In this document: in pieces, positions 1-12,330 of the stretch | Layout of the letters: each line of letters begins with the position of its first letter | How positions within the stretch are numbered: position 1 is the stretch's first letter | DNA from: Octopus bimaculoides | Taxonomy: Eukaryota | Direction: 5' to 3' | Length of the DNA: 48,138 nt | Assembly (NCBI RefSeq): GCF_001194135.2 | Contig: NC_068989.1 | Coordinates: 58,205,163 to 58,253,300 of the forward strand | The notes under the pieces: model-generated | Database searches by the model: none | What the model was told of the DNA's origin: nothing | What the model saw: the letters and a program-made list of their open reading frames with translations, nothing else | Made by a program: the position numbers and the translations under genes

Positions 1-462
1 AGTCTACTGTCAGCAATTAGAGCATTTGAACCAAGCTTTGAAGCAAAAAGACCCGCTTTAGTGAATCGAAAAGGAGTGATGTTTCATTAGGATAATGCGT
101 GACCCCAAACTGCAAAGATCACATCACAGATGATCAAAGAGCTTGGTTGAGAAAAAATTCCTCATTCACCTTATTCTCTCGACCTTGCTTTTTCAGACTA
201 CAATTTGTTTCGTAGTTTACATAATCATTTGGGGGACATAAGTTTCGCAAGCCAGGAGGAGGTCAAAACTGACATTTCAGAATTCTTCTCTTTGAAACCA
301 AAAGAGTTTTACATTGATGGGATTAAAAAGCTTGTAAATAGATTGAAGGAAGTCATAGATAATCAGGGAAAGTACATTGATGATTAAGTTTCCGTTAAAT
401 ATAACATTTGATCACTTGTTTTCTATATTCAAAATTTGGACAGAGTTTATGGGATGACCGGA
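1..462 (+). mobile_element. Degenerate mariner transposase 3' fragment with 3' terminal inverted repeat
   Basis: Reads ...RKGVMFH*DNA*PQT...HSPYSLDLAFSDYNLFRSLHNHL...GKYIDD*, a decayed form of the mariner HDNARPH and HPPYSPDLAPSDY motifs. It has in-frame stops and ends at a TA run. Confidence 0.85.
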
Positions 463-506
463 TATATATATATATATATATATACACATGAATATATATA
501 TATATA

Positions 507-552
507 CTGATGAAGGGAAAACCTTTGGGTTAATCCAGAAATTGGTCAGATC
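507..552 (+). ncRNA. Degenerate hammerhead ribozyme remnant
   Basis: CTGATGA (507-513), partial stem II, GAAA (538-541), then TTG-GTC. The 5' strand of stem I is replaced by (TA)n. Confidence 0.35.
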
Positions 553-884
553 TCCCGAGATAACACAATTTTATGAATTTCCGTAAGCTTGCTTCCATCA
601 CTCATTGACATGTGTGTAATAATAATAGTGATTATATTTAATGTGGTTTGACAATTTAACATCTCCTTTCAGCATATAGGCAAGAATTTTTTCTATGCCC
701 TTAATTATAATTATATATGTGTATGTTATTTGCTATTTATTGATTGTGTAATTTGTTGATTTTTGGAATAGGGTCTTTGTGGTATATTTGTTTTTCATTG
801 TTGAATTTGTTAATAATTGGTTTTTCTCTAAATTATATACGCATTATATATATATATATATCATTACTAAACAAATTAAACAAA

Positions 885-1105
885 AAGTGCAGTGAACTGG
901 GAGAACCTTTGGTGTGTCAGACAAAATGCTAAGCAGAATTTCTTCTGACTCTTTATATTCTGAGTTCTAATCTTGCTGAGGTCAAATTTGATTTAAACTT
1001 TTTGGGGATCGATAAAATAAAGTAGAAGCCAGAAACAAGAGTTGATGTAATCAATTTGCCCTTGCCTAAGCCCAGATTTGTTGACCTTGTGCTAAAATTA
1101 GAAAA
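885..1105 (+). mobile_element. SINE, abundant family (other copies near 16170-16310, 22300-22610, 29870-30290, 30500-30680)
   Basis: The block ctgaggtc...gataaaataagtac...gatgtaatcaat...ccttgtgc.aaaatt recurs several times in the window. Confidence 0.6.
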
Positions 1106-1658
1106 AATTAGAAAAAAATTTATATTTCATTTTGGAAATCTTACTTAGAAAGTTATAAAAGCATTTGAATGTATGCAAACAAGTGTGTATATGCTTGGAT
1201 ATGTTTGAATTCATAAGAGTGTTTCTATGCATGGGTATGCTTATAACAAAGGAATATATATATGCATGAGTATATATGTAAGTGAAAGAGTGAAAGAAAA
1301 GACTGTTGTATGTGTGTATGTGTGTGAGAGAGAGAGAGAGGGGGGGGAGATAGACAGAGACAAAAAGAGAGAAACAGAGAGACAGAGAGGCAAAGAGAGA
1401 CAGGGAAAGAGACAGCGTTTTGTATCTGATCGTGTGAGGAACAATTTTTAAATATGTAAGATAAAAAAATATGTATAATTTTGTGTGTTTGGATTTGTGC
1501 ATACGAGTTTAAGGAATCAGTGGAGCTTTTATATGGTTTTTTTTTTGTATGTGTTCGAAATAGGATACAGATGGGGCTTATGGGTATGTGTATGTACGAG
1601 TGTATACATATATGCATGCAATGAGAGTGGTTTGCATATCTTTGTGTCTGCATGCATG

Positions 1659-1690
<32 letters not shown>

Positions 1691-2309
1691 TATGCTTTTG
1701 TCAATATGAAGGTACGCTCATTTCTGTTTTAACAGGAAATGCAGATGTGTTGGTGATGGGAGGGCAGATTTAACAGACTACTAGTTTCAGAGGTCAAAGG
1801 TAATTTTAGGGGTTATTTTATCAATTTTTTTAAAAAATTCAAATGTGTCCAACGTTGACATTTTACTATGAGAAACTTTTATGATGCAAGGTAAACATTC
1901 TAGTTGGCTGTCTAGTAAATTGAACCCTTGTAGCAACATCTCTATATTTCCCATCTTCCCTCTACTCAGTCACTCTTTCCATGCACTCCCAATAATGGTG
2001 ACATCTTNNNNNNNNNNNNNNNNNNNNNNNNNNNNNNNNNNNNNNNNNNNNNNNNNNNNNNNNNNNNNNNNNNNNNNNNNNNNNNNNNNNNNNNNNNNNN
2101 NNNNNNNNNNNNNNNNNNNNNNNNNNNNNNNNNNNNNNNNNNNNNNNNNNNNNNNNNNNNNNNNNNNNNNNNNNNNNNNNNNNNNNNNNNNNNNNNNNNN
2201 NNNNNNNNNNNNNNNNNNNNNNNNNNNNNNNNNNNNNNNNNNNNNNNNNNNNNNNNNNNNNNNNNNNNNNNNNNNNNNNNNNNNNNNNNNNNNNNNNNNN
2301 NNNNNNNNN

Positions 2310-2722
2310 CATAATCGTCGTCATCGTCATCGTCATCATCATCATCCTCTTCATCATCATTGTTATTGTCATCATCATCATCATCATCATTGTTATTGTC
2401 ATCATCACCATCACCATCACCATCACCATCACCATCATCATTGTTATTGTCGTCATCGTCATCATCATCATCGTCATCATTATCATATCATTGTTATCAT
2501 CATCATCATCATAATCGTCGTCATTGTCATCGTCATCATCATCATCCTCGTCATCATCATTGTTATTTTCATCATCATCATCGTTATTGTCATCATTATC
2601 ATTGTTATTGTCCTCATCGTCATCATCATCATCATCATCATCACTATCATCATCATCATCATTATCATCATCCTTGTCATCGTCATCGTCATCGTCGTCA
2701 TCATTGTCATCATCATCATCAT
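2310..2722. repeat. Imperfect (CAT)n trinucleotide microsatellite
   Basis: Continuous CAT/CGT/TAT triplets next to an N gap; source of the poly-H/S/I/D ORFs. Confidence 0.95.
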
Positions 2723-3329
2723 TTAACATCCATGTTCCATACTGACATGAGATGCACAGTTCGAGAGGATCCAGCACACCAGAGGACTGTGTTGAGCTCC
2801 AGTGTCTGCTTTAGTATAGTTTCTAAGACTGGATGCCTTCTCTAATGCCAACCACTTTACAGAGTGTACTGATAGCTTTTCTCAAGGTAATGGCACTAAT
2901 GAAGTGGCCAAAAAACTTGCAAGACAACGAAAGACTCTTGACTAAACGAGGTCATAATAGAGAGAGGGGTTAACTTTATACTTGGTATTGAGTGGCTAAA
3001 ATATTATTGAGGGTCAGACATAGATATCCTGGTACAGAGGAAAGACATCAAAAGACAATTGTAAATGATGTAAATAATGTACATAGTTCTTCATCTCTTA
3101 AATATAGAACTGTATATTACACATTTGACTAACAGCTGCTCAAAAATATCATTAATGCTAACAATAGAGAAAACTGTCTGTAATAGATATAGACAATCCC
3201 TACTAGTGAATACATGCATATCAATACAAAGAGTATTGATGGAATATTACCATAAAAATTTTCACTAAGTACAAAAATAAATAGCTTGATAGAGTCATCT
3301 GGAACAGATGAGAAAAAAATTATGTGCAG

Positions 3330-3750
3330 TAGGCGCAGGAGTGGCTGTGTGGTAAGTAGCTTGCTTACCAACCACATGGTTCCGGGTTCAGTCCCACTGC
3401 GTGGCACTTTGGGCGAGTGTCTTCTACTATAGCCTCGGGCCAACCAATGCCTTGTGAGTGGATTTGGTAGACGGAAACTGAAAGAAGCCTGTCGTATATA
3501 TCTATATATATATTTGTATGTGTGTGTGTGTATATGTTTGTGTGTCTGTGTTTGTCCCCCCAACATCGCTTGACAACCGATGCTGGTGTGTTTACGTCCC
3601 CGTAACTTAGCGGTTCGACAAAAGAGCCTGATAGAATAAGTACTAGGCTTACAAAGAATAAGTCCTGGGGTCGATTTGCTCGACTAAAAAAAAGTGGTGC
3701 TTCAGCATGGCCACAGTCAAATGACTGAAACAAGTAAAAGAGTAAAAGAG
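3330..3750 (+). mobile_element. tRNA-derived SINE with internal (TA/TG)n
   Basis: A-box TGGCTGTGTGGTAA (3342-3355), B-box GGTTCAGTCCC (3385-3395), and a body shared with copies at 6960-7235, 28611-29190 and 31310-31920. Confidence 0.8.
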
Positions 3751-4895
3751 TTGTAGGAGGAAAGCCACCCTGCTGATGTAAACATCAGTTCCAAAATCAA
3801 TGAGAAGGGGAATATCTATGGAAACCTACTTTGAAAAGTGTAGCTACTTTATAAATATATTATATATTCACAGTTATACCTTTAGATAGAGGTAATCTTG
3901 ACAATTTTACTAAATATTGAAGACAAAGAAAGTGATCAGATGGCATGGATTTTAGGAACACATTCTGTAAGCTGAACAATAAAAACATACAAGACTTTTC
4001 TAAAGTTTAACATGTATACTTAACATTTTTTTTTTATCCAGATACCATTGCTGAAGCTTTGTTTCTTTGTTAGAACCAACTTCCTTCCTTATAAGAGAAT
4101 TCAAATAATTAAAACACGGAAGAAATACACACAAACACACATTTATATATATTCAGTCATACATACATAAGCACATAGATAAATACATTCATACATAAAT
4201 ACAGAGATACATGTGTGCATACATATATACTCACATACAAACATGTAAATGTACATACGCATGCATACATACACACATACATACACACATATATACATAC
4301 ATGAATGCATGCATACATACAAAGAACATACAGATATATATAAACACGCATACATACTCACATACATGCATANNNNNNNNNNNNNNNNNNNNNNNNNNNN
4401 NNNNNNNNNNNNNNNNNNNNNNNNNNNNNNNNNNNNNNNNNNNNNNNNNNNNNNNNNNNNNNNNNNNNNNNNATATATATAAACACGCATACATGCTCAC
4501 ATACATGCATACACACATACATGCACACAGACATACAGAGAACATACATACACATAAATACATACATATATACACAGTATATATGTATGTATATTCGTGC
4601 GTATGTGTGTGTATATCATACATGCACATACATACACACATATGCACATACACATACACCTGCCAGCTCAAAGCTTTGACCTTATAATTCCTAATGCTTA
4701 CATCAGCATGTATATGTACGTATGTATGTATGTACTATTTGTGTGTCTATGTGTGTGTATATGTATGTGTGTGTGTCTTTTGGGTTTTTTTATATTCTGT
4801 AACCTGCATCTGTATTTTGTATTCTATGTCAATACACAATATAAGCCTACCAGCAGTCATCTGCCTTCCTACATATATATATATATGTGAGTGTA

Positions 4896-4934
<39 letters not shown>

Positions 4935-5025
4935 ATGTGTGTATGGATGTATGTATATGTGTATATATATATATGTGTGTGTGTATGTATATATATCTAT
5001 ATATGTATATATATAGATATATGTA

Positions 5026-5074
<49 letters not shown>

Positions 5075-5769
5075 AGATAGATAGATATGTATGTATGTAA
5101 GTATATATGTATGTATGTATGTATGTTTGTATGTATGTATGTAATGAGTACATGTGTAAAGANNNNNNNNNNNNNNNNNNNNNNNNNNNNNNNNNNNNNN
5201 NNNNNNNNNNNNNNNNNNNNNNNNNNNNNNNNNNNNNNNNNNNNNNNNNNNNNNNNNNNNNNNNNNNNNNNNNNNNNNNNNNNNNNNNNNNNNNNNNNNN
5301 NNNNNNNNNNNNNNNNNNNNNNNNNNNNNNNNNNNNNNNNNNNNNNNNNNNNNNNNNNNNNNNNNNNNNNNNNNNNNNNNNNNNNNNNNNNNNNNNNNNN
5401 NNNNNNNNNNNNNNNNNNNNNNNNNNNNNNNNNNNNNNNNNNNNNNNNNNNNNNNNNNNNNNNNNNNNNNNNNNNNNNNNNNNNNNNNNNNNNNNNNNNN
5501 NNNNNNNNNNNNNNNNNNNNNNNNNNNNNNNNNNNNNNNNNNNNNNNNNNNNNNNNNNNNNNNNNNNNNNNNNNNNNNNNNNNNNNNNNNNNNNNNNNNN
5601 NNNNNNNNNNNNNNNNNNNNNNNNNNNNNNNNNNNNNNNNNNNNNNNNNNNNNNNNNNNNNNNNNNNNNNNNNNNNNNNNNNNNNNNNNNNNNNNNNNNN
5701 NNNNNNNNNNNNNNNNNNNNNNNNNNNNNNNNNNNNNNNNNNNNNNNNNNNNNNNNNNNNNNNNNNNNN

Positions 5770-5820
<51 letters not shown>

Positions 5821-6379
5821 GTGTGTATGTATGTATGTATGTATGTATGATTTATATATATAGGAACAAACACTGAATGAGAAGTAAGAGATAGGCGGAG
5901 ACAGATGTGTAAATGTATGTGTGTGTGAGTGTGTGCATTTGTGTGTGTGAATGTATATGTGTCTGCATGCATTGCACATACATCTGTATGTATGCATGTA
6001 TGTATACATATATATGTGAGTATGTACACACACACACATATACATCAGCGTCATCATCATTATCAAAATCCTCTTCATTTAATGTCCTTGGTTTGACAGG
6101 ATCCAGCAAATCACAGGGTAGCATCAAGCACCCCTATCAGCATTGACATAGTTTCTAGGACTGGGTGCTCTTCCTGACACCAACCATATTACACTGCAGA
6201 GTGGGTGCTTTACTTGTGCCACATTAAAGTGCAAGTGAGGTCACCAAGTAACTTGCAAGACAGAGAAAGAGCAGTGAAAGGTAAAACAAAAAGCGGCCCT
6301 GCCACCTCAACTAAGCTGGTGTGGGGGGAGTATTTAGCCAGGAGAGGTGGCTTTATGCCAGTTTTTTGAGACCCCCTTT

Positions 6380-6700
6380 GGTCTTGACTGACCATGGGAT
6401 TGCACCTAGAAAGTTACCCTCCCAAACACAAGTCTGTGCAAAGTTGTTTATGGAAGACCAGCAGTCGCCCATGCATACTGGCCTCCCCTCTCCATGCCAC
6501 CAGTGTTATCTCAGGGAAAGGCAAAGGCCGATACAGCTTGGCATCTGTGACATTGCAACTCATTTCTACAGCTGAGTGAACTGGAGCAACGTGAAATAAA
6601 GTGTCTTGCTCAAGAACACAACACATAGCCCTGTCCAGGATCCGAACTGACAACCTCACGATCATAAGTTCGACGCACTAACCACTGAGCCATGCGCTTT
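6380..6700 (-). mobile_element. tRNA-derived SINE, second family
   Basis: The minus strand begins GCGCATGGCTCAGTGGTTAG...AGTTCGGATCC (A and B boxes), followed by a gtgttcttgagcaagacacttt core. Confidence 0.7.
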
Positions 6701-6959
6701 CACTTTATGCCAGTATTAAGTGGCTAAAGTATAATAGAGGGACAAATGCAGGTGTCTTGATATAGAAGAGATACTTGGTCACCCAGCATTTTATCAGGCT
6801 AAGTAAGAGTAACTAGGAACAACACTCCATTGGTTATTACAACAAAGGTTCCAGCTGATCCAATCAACAGAACAGCCTGTGGAGTGGCTGAGCACTCCAC
6901 AGACATATGTACCCTTAATATAGTTCTTGAGAACTATATGTTTCTTAGCATTACAAAGA

Positions 6960-7235
6960 ATGTGACAAGGCCGAACTGCTAAGTTATGGGGATATAAACA
7001 CACCAGCATTGGTTGTCAAGCGATGTTGGGGGACAAACACAGACACACAACCATATACACACACATACATACACACACTCACACATATATATATATATAC
7101 GACGGGCTTTTTTCAATTTCCGTCTACCAAATCCACTCACAAAGCTTTGGTCGGCCTGAGACAATAGTAGAAGAGACACTTGCCCAAGGTGCCACGCAGT
7201 GGAACTGAACCCATAACCATGTGGTTGGCAAGCAA
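6960..7235 (-). mobile_element. tRNA-derived SINE (same family as 3330-3750)
   Basis: Reverse complement of the 3330-3620 body. Confidence 0.8.
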
Positions 7236-7725
7236 GATATAACAGCAATTTAAGATTAAACTGAACAATTGCTCAATACTGTTTAGTCCAAGGTAAAGGT
7301 TGACAATGACTTTGATATTTCAACTTGCTCACCTTCATGAAACACTCGATGAAGACAAGCAAGTCAAAACTTCGAAGTTACTGTCAAACTTTTCCTATTA
7401 AAAGTTGATATGTGCATACATATATTTATGAGTGTGCGCGAGTGTGTGCAGAGAGAGAGATTATTTGTGTGAAGGTGTGTGTGTGTGTGTGTGAGAGTGT
7501 GTGCGTGCATGTATATATACAGAGAGAGGGGGAAGAGAGAGAAGGAGAAGAATGAGTGAGAATGAGAAAGAGAAAGAGAGAGAGAGAGGGAGATACCTAT
7601 ATGTTATTTTTGTGACATGTATAGTAAAAAACAGACACAGGTATATATGTACATACACGCAGTTTAACAAGCATAAAACATATATACATACAAGCATACA
7701 TACATACACACACGCGCGCGCGTGC

Positions 7726-7769
<44 letters not shown>

Positions 7770-8489
7770 TATANNNNNNNNNNNNNNNNNNNNNNNNNNN
7801 NNNNNNNNNNNNNNNNNNNNNNNNNNNNNNNNNNNNNNNNNNNNNNNNNNNNNNNNNNNNNNNNNNNNNNNNNNNNNNNNNNNNNNNNNNNNNNNNNNNN
7901 NNNNNNNNNNNNNNNNNNNNNNNNNNNNNNNNNNNNNNNNNNNNNNNNNNNNNNNNNNNNNNNNTATATATATGTATATGTGTATGTATGTATGTATGTA
8001 TGTATGTATGTATACATGTATATATGTTAATATGTAGGAATATGTGGATGGGTGTGTATGCAAATACACACATGCATACAAAAATTGACTTAACTATAAA
8101 TAAATGCATAAAAGATAATTAAGAAAAATAAATAAACAAATAAACGAATGCAGAAAAAGATTCTTAGTCGAATTGATAATCTCTAGAGTTGGAAATAAGA
8201 TGCTTTTCTTTAATTAGTAGTGATGACAGCCATGGTAACAAGCCTTGCTCTAATGACGTCAATAGCTGTGATGAATTATCACAGCCAATCTACTCTCGCA
8301 GACATGGAAATCTAAAAGAATGTTGATATGAAGAATGAGAATTAGTCTCATCACAGGATTTCATGAGTGATGTTGAATGTTGAACTGTTTTGTTTCCTCT
8401 ACAATGGTAGAGAACCTCTCTCTCTCTCTCTCAACTCACACACATACACATGTATACATATATATATATTCACACATTTATATTTGCAT

Positions 8490-8800
8490 ACATCATCATC
8501 ATCGTCGTCGTCGTTTAACGTCCGCTTTCCATGCTAGCATGGGTTGGATGATTTGACTGAGGACTGGTGAAACCAGATGGCTACACCAGGCTCCAATCTG
8601 ATTTGGCAGAGTTTCTACAGCTGGATGCCTTTCCTAATGCCAACCACTCCGAGAGTGTAGTGGGTGCTTTTACGTGCCACTGGCACGAAGGCCAGTCAGG
8701 CGGTACTGGCAACGGCCACGCTCAAAAGGGTATATTTTACGTGCCACCTGCACAGGAGCCAGTTCGGCGGCACTGGCAACGATCTCGCTTGAATGTCAAA
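8490..8800 (-). mobile_element. 3' end of an RTE-type LINE/SINE with (GAT)n tail (other copies near 2723, 6085, 13740, 23900, 28310)
   Basis: The block catcatcat..tttaacgtc..tttccatg...ctggatgcc.ttcct.a.gcca recurs and ends in a triplet-repeat tail. The RTE assignment rests on tail type only. Confidence 0.55.
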
Positions 8801-9109
8801 TACATTATATTTGTGTGTGTGTGTGTGTTTGTCATCATCATCATCATTTAATGTCTGCTTTCCATATGTATATACACACATTATAGGTACAGGTATGGCT
8901 GAGTGGTAAGAAGTTTGCTTTTTAATCACAATGGTCCCAGGTTCAATACCACTGCATGGTACTTTTCTAAAACAAACTGATGAGATTTTGCCTAATATAA
9001 TGATTTAATAAATGTTATCTTAATCTTTTGGCTTATATGAAACATTTGTAAGAGAATACGTTGGATTTTTGCAGATAATAAATTTTTATTAAAAACTACA
9101 TCACTATTT

Positions 9110-9157
<48 letters not shown>

Positions 9158-9247
9158 NNNNNNNNNNNNNNNNNNNNNNNNNNNNNNNNATATATACATG
9201 CATATATGTATGTATATAGTATATACATGTGTGTGTGTGTGTGTGTG

Positions 9248-9290
<43 letters not shown>

Positions 9291-10642
9291 TTTAATTGAA
9301 TGCCACACATCCATTTCCAAGTATATATATATATATATATATAAATGGTAATTTTTGTCTGTCTGTTACTATCCTAGTGCCTAAACCAGTGAACCAATAT
9401 TCACAAAAGTTTGCATACCTGTTACACTAACATGCAGTTTAATAATAGTCTAATCGGATTTCAATAATGTGCCACTCAGGGTTATTGGGCGAATTATTTG
9501 ATAAAATGAGAAGGTTGCAAAAAGTATTTGTCTGAGGGAAAGGTAGTAACAGAGAGAGGATGACTTATATCAGTGAAGGCAAGAACAGCAGTGGCAATGG
9601 GATGGTAACATTACTACAGCTGCCATATACACACGACACTGAATGCATACTATCACAAATACATAGATACAATACACTCACATACTTATATATATATATA
9701 TATATACATGCATACATACATACATGCATACATACATACAAACATACATGTCTACTACACACCATTTTTAACTCATGATTACCTGTGTGTATGTTTGTAA
9801 ATGTGTGCGTGCGTGCGTGCATTCATGAGTGTGGGGGGATGTCCTATAACTGCCTGTCTTTCTACTTTTGTAGGGTCTTCCCTGTTGCTGTCACTTTTTG
9901 TGAGATTTTAAAATTGCATCAAAATTTCCAAATTTGGTATCCTGAAATAATTTTCCATGTTAAACTCGATTTTGTTATTTATTTGTTCCAGAAAAGTTGC
10001 AGAAAAATGTTACTGAGGTTTAAAGTTTAATCCATTTTACCTAATCAGGAAACAGGATTTGGAAGCTGACATTTTCTGCATGATAGCTGTCTATCATGAA
10101 ATGGAAACAAAATCATTAGGAGGAGATATTTTTTATTAAACAAACAAAAGCAAAGATTTACAACGACCAAAATTGTAAGAACATCTGAAGTTTTTATGAT
10201 TAAAGTCTTGCAAAAGGGTCAGACTGACATGTGAATGATTTATAAAGGTAAAAAATTCTCAATGAAGTTTTGGGTGAAAGATTGCACACAGGCCTAGCTG
10301 TCAGCGAAGGCATGCTCTGACATGGAATAAATAAAAATTTATATAAGACATACACTCCACTTTTTATATTTTCTTTACACATATTTTCAACTCATAATTT
10401 TGCCACGTGGTGTATACTGAATCTTCAGTATCTTTACACCTTGTATATTCTTATATTGCTATATATATATATATATATATNNNNNNNNNNNNNNNNNNNN
10501 NNNNNNNNNNNNNNNNNNNNNNNNNNNNNNNNNNNNNNNNNNNNNNNNNNNNNNNNNNNNNNNNNNNNNNNNNNNNNNNNNNNNNNNNNNNNNNNNNNNN
10601 NNNNNNNNNNNNNNNNNNNNNNNNNNNNNNNNNNNNNNNNNN

Positions 10643-10680
<38 letters not shown>

Positions 10681-10894
10681 TATATGTGTACACACATGTA
10701 CACACAGACACTGTATCTATGTATATTATATATATGTATATATCTATCTATTTATCTAGCTAGCTAGCTAACTATCTCTCTCTTTCTCTCTCTCTGTGAA
10801 TATATATGTGTGTTTGTGTGTGTGTGTTAAATAAAATGGGACAACAAAACCAAGGCTGTGTGGAATTTATAGGACATTTATAAAGACAAAGACA

Positions 10895-10942
10895 GTTTTA
10901 GAGCTGTTTCTGGGATATTAGGGATATCCCATCATCAGAGAC
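10895..10942 (-). ncRNA. Type-I hammerhead ribozyme (left arm; stem I and III mismatches)
   Basis: GTCT-CTGATGA-TGGGATAT[CCCTA]ATATCCCA-GAAA-CAGCTC-TA-AAAC. Confidence 0.7.
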
Positions 10943-11051
10943 GATAGGAAAGAGTTAACTAGAGGGAAATAGTAGAGTTCAATATAATGAGTTATTTTCA
11001 AAAAGGATGGATTGAACTCTACTATTTCCCTCCAGTTAACTCTCTCATATC

Positions 11052-11099
11052 GTCTCTGATGAAAGGATATCCCTAATATCCCAGAAACAGCTGTAAGAC
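11052..11099 (+). ncRNA. Type-I hammerhead ribozyme (right arm)
   Basis: GTCT-CTGATGA-AAGGATAT[CCCTA]ATATCCCA-GAAA-CAGCTG-TA-AGAC. Stem I is GTCT/AGAC, stem III is the palindrome ACAGCTGT, and the GUA site is at 11093-11095. Confidence 0.85.
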
Positions 11100-11259
11100 T
11101 ACCTTTCTCTTTATAAATGTCTTATAAATTCCACACAGCCTTGGTTTTGTTGTCTCATCAATCATTGATATGCCTACACTTAATGGTTCTTATTCATTTC
11201 AGACATCACCTGGACATTGGCAGTCATCAGTAAAGCTGGGGATGTCAATTTGTCTCCAT

Positions 11260-11610
11260 TTTAACAGTATACAAGTAGCAGGTCATGGGACTTAAACCAG
11301 GTGAATTTGGAGATCACAAGATTGGTGTTACATGAATGTAAAAAATTATCTGACATCCATTCTTGAGTTACATGGGCTTTGTGAGAAGCTGAGTTCTGTT
11401 GAAACATGTCTGACCTTCCACTGCATAGCCATCTATCCTGGACTTAACAACTGCCTGTTTTGCCTCAACTTATCCAGTAGCATTTATTCTAAGACCCTGT
11501 GAAAAGATATGAGGTGGCATGACATGAACTTCATTACTCACTACTCCTACAACCTTCACAGTTACTGGGAACTTACTGCTCATTACACTGGGGACAACAG
11601 AAGGATCTGC
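11260..11610 (-). mobile_element. Degenerate IS630-Tc1-mariner transposase fragment (DD37D/maT-like)
   Basis: The minus strand reads SKFPVTVKVVGVVSNEVHVMPPHIFSQGLRINATG...DMFQQNSASHKAHVTQEWMSDNF, with stops and frameshifts. Confidence 0.75.
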
Positions 11611-12169
11611 AAAAAAAAACATCTTTAATTTCTCATGTTAAACTTTTGATCTTTATTAAAGTTTTTCTCCTCAGAGAAGAACCAAAACATGTCATATTCG
11701 TGATGGTTTTTAACCTTGTTATGGAACTACTTGCTATGGCTCAGATACTTTTCCTGTGTTTTTACAATCATGAATTGGTTTCTCTCCAGTACATGCAACT
11801 TGTATCAAATGTCTACAATTCCGATAGGCCCTTCAAATATCTGAAGTTCTTTGGTAATAACCATACACACACAAACCTTAATATATATATATATATATAT
11901 ATANNNNNNNNNNNNNNNNNNNNNNNNNNNNNNNNNNNNNNNNNNNNNNNNNNNNNNNNNNNNNNNNNNNNNNNNNNNNNNNNNNNNTGCTGTCCGGCAA
12001 TGTTTATTCAAACGCATTTTGTGATGTTGGGCATGAAAATACCTTAAGCTATATTCATTTTTCACTGACGTTATTACTGTTATTTCTTTATTTTCTGCAA
12101 ACAAAGTGCATACAAAAGCTACACCTTTGCATTATGTTATATATACAATAATAATAAAGGACGTTTCCG

Positions 12170-12330
12170 TATATATGTTTACAAACCAAGGACGTTATAT
12201 AGACCTCTTTGACTCAAGTTAGAGAAGGGGTGCGTATTATACACAAGGTTTAAGTTTTTCAGAGGAACAGCCCCCTAAAAATCCCCTGCGTATTATATTC
12301 AAGGGCGGACTATACTCGAGGATTTATAGT
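12170..12330. mobile_element. Probable terminus of a Tc1/pogo-type DNA transposon
   Basis: Repeated gcgtattatac/gcggactatactcgag subterminal motifs ending at a TA run. Confidence 0.35.

Larger units (their letters stand above)
10836..11158. repeat. Foldback inverted repeat with 148-bp arms and a 27-bp spacer, one hammerhead per arm
   Basis: Arms 10836-10983 and 11011-11158; I count 12 mismatches in 148 bp; there is no N gap between them. Confidence 0.95.

Noticed and set aside
3342-3400. tRNA gene candidates from A/B boxes (also near 6625-6697 and 34660-34720)
   Set aside because: They form no complete cloverleaf. The first two continue into repeated SINE bodies, and the 34.7-kb one is too degenerate to call.
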